32,000 bases of DNA. Origin: Pseudidiomarina andamanensis. GTDB lineage: Bacteria > Pseudomonadota > Gammaproteobacteria > Enterobacterales > Alteromonadaceae. The notes beneath the pieces are model-generated. The model had not been told where the DNA came from. It saw only the letters and a list, made by a program, of their open reading frames with translations, and made no database searches. The translations under genes and the position numbers were made by a program. Shown piece after piece: positions 17,956 to 30,044 of this stretch. Positions within the stretch are counted from its first letter, which is position 1, and every line of letters begins with the position of its first letter. The stretch covers positions 2,070,001 to 2,102,000 of the forward strand of contig NZ_CP032551.1 of NCBI RefSeq assembly GCF_009734345.1, read 5' to 3'.

Positions 17956-18279
17956 TTAGCTACGCTCCACCGCCTCGGGAAATGCTTGTGCCCAAGCCGT
18001 CATACCGCCGTCAAGGCTGCTCACCACTTCGACACCTTGATGAGCAAGATATTGCGCGGCGCCTTGGCTGCTGTTGCCGTGATAGCAGACGACAACAACT
18101 TCGTCGTTGTCGTCTAATTCATTGAGAAATTGCTGAACATTGGCGTCGGTTAATCGCATTGAACCGGGAATATGCGCCGCCGCATAGGAGCGCTCATCAC
18201 GAATATCCACAAAGCGCGCTTGTTTGGATTCCCATAATTCATGCGCGGTGAGGGTATTAATACGTTTAAAATCTGCCAT
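17956..18279 (-). CDS. glpE: Thiosulfate sulfurtransferase (single-domain rhodanese) GlpE
   Basis: 107 aa. The active-site loop CYHGNSSQGAAQYL is almost identical to E. coli GlpE CYHGNSSKGAAQYL. AAGGAA Shine-Dalgarno upstream. Confidence 0.88.
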   Translation of the reverse strand: MADFKRINTLTAHELWESKQARFVDIRDERSYAAAHIPGSMRLTDANVQQFLNELDDNDEVVVVCYHGNSSQGAAQYLAHQGVEVVSSLDGGMTAWAQAFPEAVERS

Positions 18280-18301
18280 GTTCTATTCCTTGATTACTAC
18301 G

Positions 18302-19327
18302 TTAGCTCCAGTCTAGAACAACTTTACCAGATTGGCCTGACGTCATAATATCAAAGCCTTTTTGGAAGTCGTTTACTGGCATACTGTGCGTTAAAATTGG
18401 TGACAGGTCGAGTCCTGATTGCAATAAGCTCGCCATCTTATACCAAGTCTCAAACATTTCGCGGCCATAAATACCCTTAATGACGAGCCCTTTGAAAATA
18501 ACCTGGTTCCAATCAATCGCAACGCTGGTTGGTGGAATACCGAGCATGGCAATTTTGCCGCCATGATTCATGGTTTCGAGCATTTGTGCGAACGCAGAAG
18601 GAACGCCTGACATTTCAAGGCCAACATCGAAGCCTTCTTTCATGCCGAGTTCGTTCATGACATCTTTCAAATTCTCTTTGCTCACGTCAACCGCACGGGT
18701 GGCGCCCATTTTCTTCGCTAATTCTAGGCGATACTCGTTCACGTCGGTAATCACCACATGACGGGCGCCAACGTGACGCGCGACTGCCGCGGCCATGATG
18801 CCAATTGGGCCTGCGCCGGTAATTAGAACGTCTTCGCCAACCAAATCAAATGCGAGAGCCGTGTGTACAGCATTACCGAATGGGTCGAAAATCGCGGCTA
18901 AATCGTCGCTGATATCGTCTGGCAATTTGAATGCGTTTTCTGCAGGAATCACCAAGTATTCAGCGAATGCACCAGGGCGATTGACGCCAACACCAAACGT
19001 GTTGCGGCAAAGGTGGCGACGTCCAGCACGGCAGTTGCGGCAATGACCGCAAGTGATATGGCCTTCGCCAGAAACGCGATCGCCTTTTTTGAACCCACGA
19101 ACGCCTTCGCCCATTGCTTCAACCACGCCAACGTATTCGTGTCCGACAACCATTGGAACGGGAATGGTTTTTTGTGACCACTCATCCCATTTATAGATGT
19201 GCACGTCGGTGCCACAAATAGCCGTTTTTTTGATGCGAATGAGCAAATCGTTGTAGCCGTATTCAGGCTTCTCAACGTCGGTCATCCAGATACCTGGTTC
19301 AGCGTGCAATTTTGCCAATGCTTTCAT
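18302..19327 (-). CDS. tdh: L-threonine 3-dehydrogenase
   Basis: 341 aa and near-colinear with E. coli Tdh (MKAL.KL.AE.GIWMTDV..., [45 protein letters not shown]). Confidence 0.98.
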   Translation of the reverse strand: MKALAKLHAEPGIWMTDVEKPEYGYNDLLIRIKKTAICGTDVHIYKWDEWSQKTIPVPMVVGHEYVGVVEAMGEGVRGFKKGDRVSGEGHITCGHCRNCRAGRRHLCRNTFGVGVNRPGAFAEYLVIPAENAFKLPDDISDDLAAIFDPFGNAVHTALAFDLVGEDVLITGAGPIGIMAAAVARHVGARHVVITDVNEYRLELAKKMGATRAVDVSKENLKDVMNELGMKEGFDVGLEMSGVPSAFAQMLETMNHGGKIAMLGIPPTSVAIDWNQVIFKGLVIKGIYGREMFETWYKMASLLQSGLDLSPILTHSMPVNDFQKGFDIMTSGQSGKVVLDWS

Positions 19328-19358
19328 AAATCGTTCCCTTCAATCTTCTAAAAGACGA

Positions 19359-20552
19359 TTAAATAATGCCGAGATCTTTGCCAATACGCGTGAATGCGTC
19401 AATGGCGCGATCGAGTTGCTCACGGGTGTGTGCGGCAGACATTTGCGTACGGATTCGTGCTTTGCCGCGCGGCACCACTGGGAATGAGAAGCCGACAACG
19501 TAAATACCTTCTTTCAGCATGCGGTCAGCCATCTCTGAAGCAAGGCGCGCATCACCAATCATCACCGGGATAATCGCGTGATCTGCACCACTTAAAGTAA
19601 ACCCGGCTTTGGTCATTTCGCTACGGAAGTAGTTTGCGTTATCCCAGAGTTTTTGACGAAGATCATGACCATTTTCAAGCATTTCGAGTACGCGAATAGA
19701 GGCTTGAACAATCGCTGGTGCAACTGAGTTTGAGAACAAGTACGGGCGTGAACGCTGACGTAACCAGTCAATCACCGGTTTTTTACCTGAGGTATAACCA
19801 CCAGAAGCACCGCCAAGAGCCTTACCTAAAGTACCGGTAATGATATCCACGCGACCCAAAACGTTGCAGTACTCGTGCGTGCCTTTACCGTTCTCGCCCA
19901 AGAAACCGGTGGCGTGACAATCGTCCATCATCACCAATGCGCCGTATTCGTCGGCTAGGTCGCAGATGCCATTCAAGTTTGCAATCACGCCGTCCATTGA
20001 GAAGACGCCATCGGTGGCGATTAGAATGTTGCGAGCGCCATCGGCTTTTGCTTGCTTTAATTGTGCTTCCAAGTCAGCCATATCATTGTTTTTATAGCGG
20101 AAACGCTTGGCTTTGCTCAAACGAATGCCGTCGATAATCGATGCATGGTTGAGTTCGTCACTGATTATTGCGTCTTCTGGGCCCATCAATGTTTCGAATA
20201 AGCCGCCGTTTGCATCAAAGCATGACGAGTACAGAATTGTGTCTTCGGTACCTAAAAACGCGCTTAATTTTGCTTCAAGCGTTTTATGAATATCTTGCGT
20301 ACCGCAAATAAAACGAACTGAAGCTGTACCAAAACCGTGTTCATCAAGACCTTTTTTCGCTGCTTTGATGAGCTCCGAGTTATTGGCCAAACCTAAATAG
20401 TTGTTGGCACAAAAGTTCAATACCGATTCGCCATCGCCAACTTCAATTTCAGCATCTTGATCACCAAGAATAATGCGTTCGCTTTTGTATAAACCTTCGT
20501 TCTTCAGCTCTTCTAACTGCGTTTCAAGCTGTTGATAAAAATCTTGCTTCAT
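19359..20552 (-). CDS. kbl: Glycine C-acetyltransferase (2-amino-3-ketobutyrate CoA ligase)
   Basis: 397 aa PLP enzyme with high similarity to E. coli Kbl. It has the PLP-Lys context [16 protein letters not shown]. It is paired with tdh as in the E. coli kbl-tdh operon. Confidence 0.98.
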   Translation of the reverse strand: MKQDFYQQLETQLEELKNEGLYKSERIILGDQDAEIEVGDGESVLNFCANNYLGLANNSELIKAAKKGLDEHGFGTASVRFICGTQDIHKTLEAKLSAFLGTEDTILYSSCFDANGGLFETLMGPEDAIISDELNHASIIDGIRLSKAKRFRYKNNDMADLEAQLKQAKADGARNILIATDGVFSMDGVIANLNGICDLADEYGALVMMDDCHATGFLGENGKGTHEYCNVLGRVDIITGTLGKALGGASGGYTSGKKPVIDWLRQRSRPYLFSNSVAPAIVQASIRVLEMLENGHDLRQKLWDNANYFRSEMTKAGFTLSGADHAIIPVMIGDARLASEMADRMLKEGIYVVGFSFPVVPRGKARIRTQMSAAHTREQLDRAIDAFTRIGKDLGII

Positions 20553-20590
20553 GTAATTCTCCGTGCTTCGGACCTGACGGGTGAACTTAA

Positions 20591-21166
<576 letters not shown>

Positions 21167-21177
21167 TAAGTGGTTAC

Positions 21178-22503
21178 TTACAGCGCGACATCCACAAATA
21201 CCCACGCTAACAATAGCGGACATATCAAACGTAAATGCCAGAATAACAGGCGGTAACGCCATGACGTTGTCGCCAACTCACGTACACGGTTACTGCGCTG
21301 CCAAAACCAACCCAGCACAATAAAATAGAATAAGCCGGAGAGTGGTAGCTGAAACTGTGTGACGTAGGTAACCACCCAGTTAAATAATGGCTCAAACCAA
21401 ATCACCAACGCACACCCAATCACCGCTATGATTGCCGCAATAATGCTTGCCGCTTGGCGACGATTGAGCGGATGCGTTTCAATGGCATAGGCAATTGGCA
21501 CTTCAGCCGTTGCAATGGTTGAGGTGAGTGCCGCAATACTCAGCAAAGCGAAAAAGCCAAAGCCTAACCACGCACCGGCATAACCTAATTGGGTAAACAA
21601 ATCCGGCAGCACTTGGAAAATCAAACGACCTTCGCCAATCAGCTGCTCGCCTTCAGTAACGCTTAGCCCTTGCGCCATCGCAACATACAATGCCGGTATA
21701 ATCAGCAAACCAGCCAAAAACGCCACGAAGGTATCCAGTGCCGCGACGCTCCAAGTTAACCGACCGATTCTTGTGTCTTTCTTCAAATAGCTGCCATAAA
21801 TCATCATGCCGCCTAATCCAATCGACAGCGAGAAAAACGCTTGGCCCATGGCAGAAACTAATAAATCAGCATTCCACATCGCGGAAAAATCTGGCACCAA
21901 ATAAGCGCGAAATCCATCGGCAGAGCCCGGCAACGTACTCATGTAGGCAATCAAACCAACTAGCAACACGACTAACAACGGCATTAAGCGTCGCGACCAA
22001 CGTTCGATACCTTGCTGCACCCCGTTGATGACAATCCCGAAGGTCAAGGCGACGAAAACCAGTAGCAATATAATATCGCGCAGCATCGAGGCGTCTGCAA
22101 AAAATGGGGTCATTGCCGGCAATTGAAGGGCAGTCAACAGGAAGGTGAAGCCTTCAGCGAGCATCCATGCGGCCACTAAGTGATAAAAACTCAGCATTAA
22201 AATGGCGCCGACAACGTTCAAGTAACCCATCGTTTTACCGCTGATTGCTGTCAACGGTTGTGCTGTCGCACTTAACGAGCTAAGGGCTTTTACTGGGTTG
22301 GCTTGAGCCGCGTGACCAAGGCTTAATTCGGTGTATAACGCGGGTACGGCGAGGACCACGACAACCAGTAAATAGACGATTAAAAATGCAGCGCCACCGT
22401 GGTTTGCAACTTGACTAGGGAAACCCCAAATATTGCCGAGGCCAATAGCTGAGCCTGCTGCAGCAAGTACAAAGCCAATTCGTGTATGAAAACTATCGCG
22501 CAT
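21178..22503 (-). CDS. Sodium-dependent transporter, neurotransmitter:sodium symporter (SNF) family
   Basis: 441 aa with ~11-12 TM segments. The N-terminal signature [36 protein letters not shown] is typical of bacterial NSS/SNF proteins. Confidence 0.9.
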   Translation of the reverse strand: MRDSFHTRIGFVLAAAGSAIGLGNIWGFPSQVANHGGAAFLIVYLLVVVVLAVPALYTELSLGHAAQANPVKALSSLSATAQPLTAISGKTMGYLNVVGAILMLSFYHLVAAWMLAEGFTFLLTALQLPAMTPFFADASMLRDIILLLVFVALTFGIVINGVQQGIERWSRRLMPLLVVLLVGLIAYMSTLPGSADGFRAYLVPDFSAMWNADLLVSAMGQAFFSLSIGLGGMMIYGSYLKKDTRIGRLTWSVAALDTFVAFLAGLLIIPALYVAMAQGLSVTEGEQLIGEGRLIFQVLPDLFTQLGYAGAWLGFGFFALLSIAALTSTIATAEVPIAYAIETHPLNRRQAASIIAAIIAVIGCALVIWFEPLFNWVVTYVTQFQLPLSGLFYFIVLGWFWQRSNRVRELATTSWRYRLLFWHLRLICPLLLAWVFVDVAL

Positions 22504-22652
22504 ATTTTAACCATTACTTTTGCGGTAAAAGGCGCCATTCTAGCCTTAAAATGGCGACAAAGACTATCATTTTTGAGTGTTTGGAGTTAGAATCGCGCCC
22601 CAAGTTTACTTTTCAAATTTTTGCTCAAACCAGACCCGCAGGAGTCCGTCAC

Positions 22653-24254
22653 ATGACTGATCTGGATCTAGGCCGTTACGGCATCACAGACGTCACTGAA
22701 ATTGTCCATAACCCTTCTTATGAACAACTGTTCGAAGAAGAAACACGCGCTGATCTTCAAGGTTTTGAAAAAGGTGTTGTCACCGACCTTGGTGCGGTTG
22801 CCGTTGATACTGGTATTTTTACTGGTCGTTCGCCAAAGGACAAATACATTGTGCGCGACGAAACCACCAAAGACACGTTGTGGTGGGCTGACCAAGGCAA
22901 AAATGATAACAAAGCGATTACCCCTGAAATTTGGGCTGATCTGAAAGAAACAGTTACCGGTCAATTATCTGGCAAGCGTCTGTTTGTTGTTGATACCTAT
23001 TGCGGTGCAAACGAAGACACGCGCCTTGCAGTGCGCTTCATTACTGAAGTGGCATGGCAAGCCCACTTCGTGAAAAACATGTTTATTCGCCCATCAGCAG
23101 AAGAGTTAGAAAACTTCACTCCTGATTTCGTGGTCATGAATGGTGCAAAATGTATCAACCACAAATGGCAAGAGCACGGCCTTAACTCTGAGAACTTCGT
23201 TGCCTTTAATTTAACTGAGCGCATTCAGTTAATTGGTGGTACTTGGTACGGCGGCGAAATGAAGAAAGGTATGTTCTCAATCATGAACTACTATCTGCCG
23301 TTGCAAGGCATTGCATCAATGCACTGTTCTGCCAATGTTGGTGAAGATGGCGACGTTGCTATTTTCTTTGGCTTATCAGGTACCGGTAAAACCACGTTAT
23401 CAACCGATCCAAAACGTCAGTTGATTGGTGACGACGAGCACGGTTGGGATGACGACGGCGTATTTAATTTTGAAGGTGGTTGTTATGCAAAAACGATCAA
23501 CCTGTCAGCTGAAGCAGAACCAGATATTTACAACGCAATTCGTCGCGACGCATTGTTAGAAAACGTAACCGTTGATGACGAAGGCCGTGTTGATTTCGAC
23601 GATAACTCGAAAACTGAAAACACGCGTGTGTCGTACCCGATTTATCACATCGATAACATTGTGAAACCAGTTTCTAAAGCCGGTCACGCTCAGAAAGTTA
23701 TCTTCTTAACAGCTGATGCGTTTGGCGTATTACCGCCTGTTTCAAAACTGACGAAAGAACAAACCGAGTACTACTTCTTGTCAGGCTTCACTGCGAAGTT
23801 GGCTGGTACTGAGCGCGGCATTACTGAACCGACGCCAACGTTCTCAAGCTGTTTTGGTGCAGCATTCTTAACGCTACACCCAACACAATACGCTGAAGTA
23901 TTGGTGAAGCGTATGGAAGCATCTGGTGCAGAAGCTTACTTAGTGAATACCGGCTGGAACGGCACTGGTAAGCGTATTTCAATTCAAGCCACGCGCGCTA
24001 TCATTGACTCGATTCTTGACGGTAGCATTGAAAATGCGGAATTTGTTCAGTTGCCGTATTTCAACTTGGCCATGCCGACCGCATTGAACGGCGTTCAAGA
24101 GCAGCACATTCTCGACCCGCGTAATACCTACGAAGATAAAGGTGATTGGGATGTGAAAGCTAAAGACTTGGCACAGCGTTTTGTCGCGAACTTCGAGAAG
24201 TTCACTGACAATGAAGAAGGTAAAGCGCTGGTTGCAGCAGGTCCTCAGCTCTAA
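22653..24254 (+). CDS. pckA: Phosphoenolpyruvate carboxykinase (ATP)
   Basis: 533 aa counted from the ATG at 22653, with GGAG at 22641-22644. Kinase-1a motif [11 protein letters not shown], plus IGDDEHGW and NTGWNG. High similarity to E. coli PckA. Confidence 0.98.
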   Translation: MTDLDLGRYGITDVTEIVHNPSYEQLFEEETRADLQGFEKGVVTDLGAVAVDTGIFTGRSPKDKYIVRDETTKDTLWWADQGKNDNKAITPEIWADLKETVTGQLSGKRLFVVDTYCGANEDTRLAVRFITEVAWQAHFVKNMFIRPSAEELENFTPDFVVMNGAKCINHKWQEHGLNSENFVAFNLTERIQLIGGTWYGGEMKKGMFSIMNYYLPLQGIASMHCSANVGEDGDVAIFFGLSGTGKTTLSTDPKRQLIGDDEHGWDDDGVFNFEGGCYAKTINLSAEAEPDIYNAIRRDALLENVTVDDEGRVDFDDNSKTENTRVSYPIYHIDNIVKPVSKAGHAQKVIFLTADAFGVLPPVSKLTKEQTEYYFLSGFTAKLAGTERGITEPTPTFSSCFGAAFLTLHPTQYAEVLVKRMEASGAEAYLVNTGWNGTGKRISIQATRAIIDSILDGSIENAEFVQLPYFNLAMPTALNGVQEQHILDPRNTYEDKGDWDVKAKDLAQRFVANFEKFTDNEEGKALVAAGPQL

Positions 24255-24272
24255 GGGCATGTAGGAAGTTTG

Positions 24273-24301
24273 AAAAAGGCAGCTAATTAGCTGCCTTTTT
24301 T
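24273..24301. terminator. Bidirectional intrinsic terminator between pckA and the GGDEF gene
   Basis: AAAAA-GGCAGCTAATTAGCTGCC-TTTTTT. The palindromic stem at 24278-24295 is flanked by an A-tract and a T-tract, so it can terminate transcription from either strand. Confidence 0.75.
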
Positions 24302-25406
24302 ATTTTCTGAGAATGCGTGTAGTTTTACCTAAACGGGTGCAATTGCGACCGTCGTGCTTGGCTTGATATAACCCGTTATCCGCGCGCTGAACAATTGAGA
24401 CAAGGGTGTCTTCCGAGCTGTATGCTGCACAACCGATACTCACTGTGAGGTGTAACTTCTCATCGGTAAAACGGTGCTCTGCAACAGCAATGCGAATTTT
24501 CTCGGCTAGCTCGACAGCGCCGCCTTCATTAGTATCGGGCGCAATTATCAAGAATTCTTCGCCGCCCCAACGTCCAAGATTGTCGCTTGAGCGAACATGA
24601 CTCAATAGCACTTCGCTAAGCTCTTTAAGAACTTGGTCACCAACAATGTGCCCATAACTATCATTCAGGGTTTTAAAGTGATCGGTATCGAGAATCAATA
24701 CCGCGAGATCATGCTCATGGCGTTGTGCCCGACTGAGTTCCTGTTCTAGTACATCATCTAGATGCGAGCGGTTATTCAACTGAGTTAACGGATCGGTTTT
24801 AGCTAGTATCTCTAACTCGCTGTTTCGTTTAGCAAGAAAACTAAAGGCTTCTTCGCGTGATTTTTCATAGTGACGTGAAATAGTCAGTACCGCAAACAGT
24901 GCGAGCGAGATATTAAAAACGGCTGGAATATTAATTGCGTAACTTGGCCACTGTGGCGCAAACCAAATTACAAAGGCTACTAAAGCAGTTAAAAAAATAC
25001 CACTTACATAAAGCCCCAGATGCAAACCAAGCAAGAAAAACGCAAGCAAAGGCACCATGCTAAACCAAATAAAAGAATAGTTGCGGCCTTGTGCGAGCAC
25101 AAAATAAATACTGAGAAAAATGACAATGATGCCAATTAGTAAACGAGCGCTACGCTCAATATTGAGGTGTTTACGAAGATCAAGCTGCAATGCCAATATA
25201 CCGCCAAATAGCACTGCATCAGCGACCGCCATTAATGGATAGTCAAATAGAAAGATATTTAGAAAAAAGAATATCCCAGTGTATATCTGCAGAATCAGTT
25301 GAATATTCTGCATTAACTTTATCCGCCAGTAGCGCAGGTCTTCTGGCTGAAAAGGGTGGGGAATAACCCACCACCCTTTATTAAATAGTTCCTTAAGACC
25401 TGCCAC
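24300..25406 (-). CDS. Membrane-bound diguanylate cyclase (GGDEF domain)
   Basis: The N-terminal ~190 aa carry ~6 TM segments, followed by a coiled linker and a GGDEF domain with active site GGEEF. An intact I-site RSSD lies five residues upstream (RSSDNLGRWGGEEF). The start is a GTG at 25406 with a GAGGTG Shine-Dalgarno. Confidence 0.9.
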   Translation of the reverse strand: MAGLKELFNKGWWVIPHPFQPEDLRYWRIKLMQNIQLILQIYTGIFFFLNIFLFDYPLMAVADAVLFGGILALQLDLRKHLNIERSARLLIGIIVIFLSIYFVLAQGRNYSFIWFSMVPLLAFFLLGLHLGLYVSGIFLTALVAFVIWFAPQWPSYAINIPAVFNISLALFAVLTISRHYEKSREEAFSFLAKRNSELEILAKTDPLTQLNNRSHLDDVLEQELSRAQRHEHDLAVLILDTDHFKTLNDSYGHIVGDQVLKELSEVLLSHVRSSDNLGRWGGEEFLIIAPDTNEGGAVELAEKIRIAVAEHRFTDEKLHLTVSIGCAAYSSEDTLVSIVQRADNGLYQAKHDGRNCTRLGKTTRILRK

Positions 25407-25415
25407 GAACCACCT

Positions 25416-27428
25416 CTATTTCAGCTTTTCTGCGTGAGGTAATTCATGTGCTGGTGCTTCTTTATTACCTTCTACCAAGAAGTGCTGCATCCAACGCATG
25501 AGGCGCATAGCGTAGTCTAGCTGCGCAGCAACACGGCGGTTACCATGGCCTTCACCTGGGTAAAGTACAAGACGAACAGGCACATTGCCATGGGTTTTCA
25601 AATAACGATATAGCTCCATCGATTGACTTGGATGCACACGTGTATCTTCTTTACCGTGCATGATCAAAATTGGTGTGCGAGCTTTCTCAGCATGATAAAT
25701 AGGACTGCGCTCTAAGTACCACTGCCATTTTTCCCACGGATAGCTGCGAGCATGAACGGCGTGCATTTCTTTTGCAATGTCGGTTGTACCGAACTTCGAA
25801 ATGTTATCGCTGATACCCACAAACATGACGCTTGCGGCAAAATGTTCAGTGAGTGCAGTGGCACCCCATGCGGAAGCGAAACCACCATATGAGCCGCCAG
25901 TGATACCAACTTTCTTGGCATCAACCAGTCCCATTTCCACTAAGTGATTTTTACCGTCAACTAAGTCATCAAACTCTTTACCGGCATAATCGTTCTGGCC
26001 AAGCTTTGAGAATTCAACGCCACGACCAGTACTTCCACGGTAGTTCGGGAAGAACAACGCATAGCCTTGTTGCGCAGCATATTTCACAGGGCTACCGTAG
26101 CGGTCGAGCCAGCCATTGCTGTAATGCGCTTCAGGACCACCGTGAACCACCATAATTAATGGGTAGCGTTGACCTTCTTTATAATCGGTTGGGTAAACCA
26201 CAATACCTTCAAGATCAAGGCCGTCACGCGCTTTGTAACGCACGGTTTCTTGACGCGGCATGGTGACGTCGGCTAACCAAGGGTTTGAATTCGTAAGGCG
26301 TTCAATACGCTGGCCACTAATACGGAACAATTCAGTCGGGTGAGCGGCACTGTGAGCACGTACTAACACATCGTCGTGCCCTGGCGTTACTTCAATATCA
26401 ACCGCAATTAACTCACTAGGCTCCATAATAATGCGCGTTTCTAGCCATTGCATGGTAAGCGCTTGCACTTCGCTTTGGGTGCCACGGTGACCTAACCAGA
26501 TTAACTCATCGTTACGACGCCAAGCGATATCTTGCACGTGGCCTTGGTAATCCGGTAATACTTCTCTGCGCTCGTTCTCTTTGCTGGTGTCATACACATA
26601 TAGACGACCATCGGACGGGTCGTTGTAATCGGCGGCGCCGATCACGGCTAAGTATCGGCCGTCTGGCGAGAATTCAGCTTTACCTAACTTACCAACTGAC
26701 TCAAAAGAGCTGACTTGTTTGCCGTTGAGGTCGAGCAATTGATATTGGCTGCTCATATAATTGTCATCAACAAGCGCGGTCGGCGCTACACGAACCAATA
26801 ATTGTTCGTGCTCTGGGCGAAATGCTACAGAAAGTACTTGCTGAGAGTCAGTTAACTGAACTGGCTTAGCGTTTTCAGCTTGGGTATCGTAAAGCCATAG
26901 ATGAGTAAACTGATGTTCTTCTTCATAAACTTCAGCTTTGAAGCCTTTTTTAGCGAGTTTCGATTTTGTGTCGTCGGCTTTGCTACGTGCACGAAATGCA
27001 ATGTAGCGGCCGTCGGCGCTAATAGCATAGCTGCTTATGGCAGCATCATGGCTCAGAGCCAGTTGCGCTTCACCACCGGTGGTCGCCATTTTATAGAGAC
27101 TGGTATGTTTGACACCTTCACGTTTCGCCAAGAAATAAATAGTTTGGCCATTGAAACTAACAGCGCCCAAGCTTTCTTTTCCGGTAATGAACGGTACGCT
27201 TGCGGAATTGCCGCGCACGGTAAATAGCTCAATATAGGAACTGCCATCGTCATCAACATACGGTTGGCGTGGCACGACTCGCGTAAAGGCAGCCAACTGA
27301 CCGTCAGCGGCAAGTGCGGCACTATTTACAGATTGAACGGTAACGGTTTCTTCGAGCGTGATGTCACGCGCGTAGGTAGAAACTGACATTACCGCAGCGA
27401 CTAATACAAGACTAATGCTGCGCAGCAT
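25416..27428 (-). CDS. S9 family serine peptidase (prolyl oligopeptidase / dipeptidyl aminopeptidase type), secreted
   Basis: Signal peptide MLRSISLVLVAAVMSVSTYA, an N-terminal beta-propeller-like region, and a C-terminal alpha/beta hydrolase domain. The nucleophile elbow is GGSYGG, followed by HGKEDTRV (Asp) and GEGHG (His). Confidence 0.9.
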   Translation of the reverse strand: MLRSISLVLVAAVMSVSTYARDITLEETVTVQSVNSAALAADGQLAAFTRVVPRQPYVDDDGSSYIELFTVRGNSASVPFITGKESLGAVSFNGQTIYFLAKREGVKHTSLYKMATTGGEAQLALSHDAAISSYAISADGRYIAFRARSKADDTKSKLAKKGFKAEVYEEEHQFTHLWLYDTQAENAKPVQLTDSQQVLSVAFRPEHEQLLVRVAPTALVDDNYMSSQYQLLDLNGKQVSSFESVGKLGKAEFSPDGRYLAVIGAADYNDPSDGRLYVYDTSKENERREVLPDYQGHVQDIAWRRNDELIWLGHRGTQSEVQALTMQWLETRIIMEPSELIAVDIEVTPGHDDVLVRAHSAAHPTELFRISGQRIERLTNSNPWLADVTMPRQETVRYKARDGLDLEGIVVYPTDYKEGQRYPLIMVVHGGPEAHYSNGWLDRYGSPVKYAAQQGYALFFPNYRGSTGRGVEFSKLGQNDYAGKEFDDLVDGKNHLVEMGLVDAKKVGITGGSYGGFASAWGATALTEHFAASVMFVGISDNISKFGTTDIAKEMHAVHARSYPWEKWQWYLERSPIYHAEKARTPILIMHGKEDTRVHPSQSMELYRYLKTHGNVPVRLVLYPGEGHGNRRVAAQLDYAMRLMRWMQHFLVEGNKEAPAHELPHAEKLK

Positions 27429-27556
27429 GATGTACTCCTCGTTGCTTTGTTGTTCATGAAATATTCATAATTATTTTCCAATCTTACCAGCAAAATTATT
27501 GACTTCCCACGAAATAACGCCAATCTGTTAACAACATTTTAAGGTTTGGATGGTAC

Positions 27557-29335
27557 ATGGTTGACCAATTATTAATCGGAGCAATTCTGCTAGGCGCTTT
27601 AGTCCTTTTTGTGTGGGACCGCTGGCGCTATGACTTGGTGGCGATGTTCGCTTTATTAGTAGCGGCAGCTCTAGGATTAGTACCAACCAACGAAGTATTT
27701 TCAGGTTTTGGTAATGCAGCGGTGATTACGGTGGCGGCAGTATTAGTCATTAGTCATGCCATGTGGCGTTCTGGTGTGGTTGATGCGTTAGCGTCACTAA
27801 TGAAACGTGTTGGCGATAAAGCTTGGGTGCAAATGTTGGCACTCACCAGTATCACCGCGTTTTGTTCTGCGTTTATCAGTAATACCGGCACGATGGCTAT
27901 TATGATCCCCGTCGCTTTGCAACTGTCACGCAGCGGGCTAGGTCACGCTTCCAAGGTGCTCATGCCGATGGCTTTTGGCTCATTGTTGGGCGGTACCGTG
28001 ACCATGATTGGTACACCTTCCAATATTATTGTGGCAGATATCCGTCGTGAATCAGTCGGTGACAGTTTTGGTATTTTTGATTTTACCGCAGTGGGCGTAT
28101 CGCTAACGGTCATTGGCTTAGTGTTTATGTGGCTAACCAGCCGCTGGTTGGTGCCGAAAACCAATAGTCGTGACAGCGCTAACTCACCGTATGATATGAG
28201 TTCATATATGACCGAGTTATGGGTGCCATCAACCGCCAGCTACGTCGGGCAAACGCTCTACGAACTCGAAAGTCGCATCAAAGAAAACTTCGCGGTCGTC
28301 GCGATAAAACAAGATAAAACTGTGATGACAGCCCCGCCTCGTTATTACCGAATCAAGGCGGAAGATGTTCTGATAGTTGAAGCGGACACAGACACACTTC
28401 AACAAATTATCGACGCGACCGGCTTTGAATTAAACGCAGAAGAAGAATTAGCTGATCGCTTCTTAATTTCGGATGAGGTTCAAGTTGTGGAAGGCGTTGT
28501 GGGCCCTGACTCACGCTTAGTAGGCCGGTCGGCTGCCGATTTACGCTTGCGTCATCGGTTTGGTGTGAATGTGTTAGCCGTTGCTCGACAAGGGCAACCG
28601 GTGAAACCCAACTTAGCGAATATTCGCTTTAAACCCGGTGATGTTTTGTTGTTGCAGGGAGATGCCGAAATTCTCACGGATGTATTCCGCCGTTTTGGAT
28701 GCTTTCCATTAGCTCAGCGCAGTATGCGAATTGGTGCCGTTAAAAAACTGTTTACGCCGCTCGCCATTTTTGCGGCTGCCATTATGCTCAGTGCGCTTGG
28801 TTTTCTATCGGTTCCCGTGGCTTTTACTGCTGCCGCTGGGGCAATGGTGTTGAGCAATATTATTCCGCTGCGCGAGCTTTATGAAAACGTTGATTGGCCC
28901 ATAGTTGTTTTACTTGGTGCGACCATTCCGTTAGGTGGCGCTCTAGAACGAAGTGGCGCGGCACATACCCTTGCTGATTGGGCGCTTCTGGTGAGTAACG
29001 ATGCACCTGCTGCGGTGGCATTATCGATATTATTAGTTGTCACATTGGCGTTATCGAACATTATTAATAACGCCGCTGCAGCGGTATTGATGGCGCCAAT
29101 TGGTTTGAATATGGCAAGTGGTCTTGGCGTATCAGCGGACCCGTTTTTGATGGTGGTTGCGATTGGTGCCGCATTACCTTTTATTACACCGATTGGGCAT
29201 CAATCGAATATATTAGTGATGGGCCCAGGCGGTTATGCTTTCGGCGACTATTGGAAGCTCGGACTTCCACTCACGTTGGTGCTGTGCGTTGCTACAGTGC
29301 CGTTGATTCTTTGGTTTTGGCCGCTTGGCGCATAG
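27557..29335 (+). CDS. SLC13/DASS family permease with two central TrkA-C (RCK-C) domains
   Basis: 592 aa. N- and C-terminal polytopic halves each contain an SNxxN/T-type hairpin motif ([17 protein letters not shown]). They are separated by two soluble ~80-aa repeats ([14 protein letters not shown]...VLIVEAD and [14 protein letters not shown]...VLLLQGD). Confidence 0.88.
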   Translation: MVDQLLIGAILLGALVLFVWDRWRYDLVAMFALLVAAALGLVPTNEVFSGFGNAAVITVAAVLVISHAMWRSGVVDALASLMKRVGDKAWVQMLALTSITAFCSAFISNTGTMAIMIPVALQLSRSGLGHASKVLMPMAFGSLLGGTVTMIGTPSNIIVADIRRESVGDSFGIFDFTAVGVSLTVIGLVFMWLTSRWLVPKTNSRDSANSPYDMSSYMTELWVPSTASYVGQTLYELESRIKENFAVVAIKQDKTVMTAPPRYYRIKAEDVLIVEADTDTLQQIIDATGFELNAEEELADRFLISDEVQVVEGVVGPDSRLVGRSAADLRLRHRFGVNVLAVARQGQPVKPNLANIRFKPGDVLLLQGDAEILTDVFRRFGCFPLAQRSMRIGAVKKLFTPLAIFAAAIMLSALGFLSVPVAFTAAAGAMVLSNIIPLRELYENVDWPIVVLLGATIPLGGALERSGAAHTLADWALLVSNDAPAAVALSILLVVTLALSNIINNAAAAVLMAPIGLNMASGLGVSADPFLMVVAIGAALPFITPIGHQSNILVMGPGGYAFGDYWKLGLPLTLVLCVATVPLILWFWPLGA

Positions 29336-29924
29336 ATTCTGCACCCCGCGCAACGATTCGTAACTGCGCGATTGTCTGCTCGGTTAAACGCTGGCGCTCT
29401 TTGGTGTCAGCATCTAACGCATCGGCGCCGGCGCTGAATACAATCCGCACAATGGCATCAGCCTGTAACTCAGCCACTTCACGTTCAAACTGTTGCTCAT
29501 CGACGAGATAATCGACTAACTCAGCAGTAAAATGCTCCACTTCGCGGGTTACGGCTAAGCGAAATTCACGTGAGTTGCCTGATTTTTCTTGTAGTAATAA
29601 ACGGAAAATAGCGGTGTTGTTGGTTACAAACTCCATAAATGTGGTAACTGACGCACGAATAATGGAACCACCTTTGGCAATTTGCTGACGCGATTGCCGC
29701 AATAATTGGCGCAATGTAAGGCCGCCTTCGTCCACCAACGTCAAACCTAATTCTTCCATATTTTGAAAGTGTCGATAAAAAGAGGTTGGCGCAATACCGG
29801 CTTCGCGAGCGACTTCACGCAGGCTTAAACTGGAATAACCATGTTCGGCACTAAGCTGATTCATTGCCGCTTGAATAAGGGCGCGTCGGGTTTTTTCTTT
29901 TTGGGCTGCGCGAACACCGGCCAT
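29292..29924 (-). CDS. fabR: TetR-family unsaturated fatty acid biosynthesis repressor FabR
   Basis: The sequence [78 protein letters not shown] is nearly colinear with E. coli FabR as I recall it ([66 protein letters not shown]). Confidence 0.92.
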   Translation of the reverse strand: MAGVRAAQKEKTRRALIQAAMNQLSAEHGYSSLSLREVAREAGIAPTSFYRHFQNMEELGLTLVDEGGLTLRQLLRQSRQQIAKGGSIIRASVTTFMEFVTNNTAIFRLLLQEKSGNSREFRLAVTREVEHFTAELVDYLVDEQQFEREVAELQADAIVRIVFSAGADALDADTKERQRLTEQTIAQLRIVARGAESMRQAAKTKESTAL

Positions 29925-29968
29925 AGCATGGAACTCTTGTTAGATTAAATCGTCAAACGGATTATGTC

Positions 29969-29986
29969 AGTGAACGTGTGTTCACG
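29969..29986. promoter_or_regulatory. FabR-type palindromic operator, fabR-proximal
   Basis: AGTGAACGTGTGTTCACG contains the inverted repeat TGAAC-N4-GTTCA. It lies 45 nt upstream of the fabR ATG. Confidence 0.6.
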
Positions 29987-30044
29987 CAATTCGCCGTTTT
30001 TTGCACGATTTTACTTGCGTGCTCATCAAAGGGTAGGTAAATTG

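Noticed and set aside
27456-27468. The palindrome ATGAA-ATA-TTCAT upstream of the S9 peptidase and SLC13 genes, considered as a Fur box or another operator.
   Set aside because: It matches the 19-bp Fur consensus poorly when aligned by eye. It is a short AT-rich palindrome in an AT-rich promoter region, and such sequences arise easily by chance.
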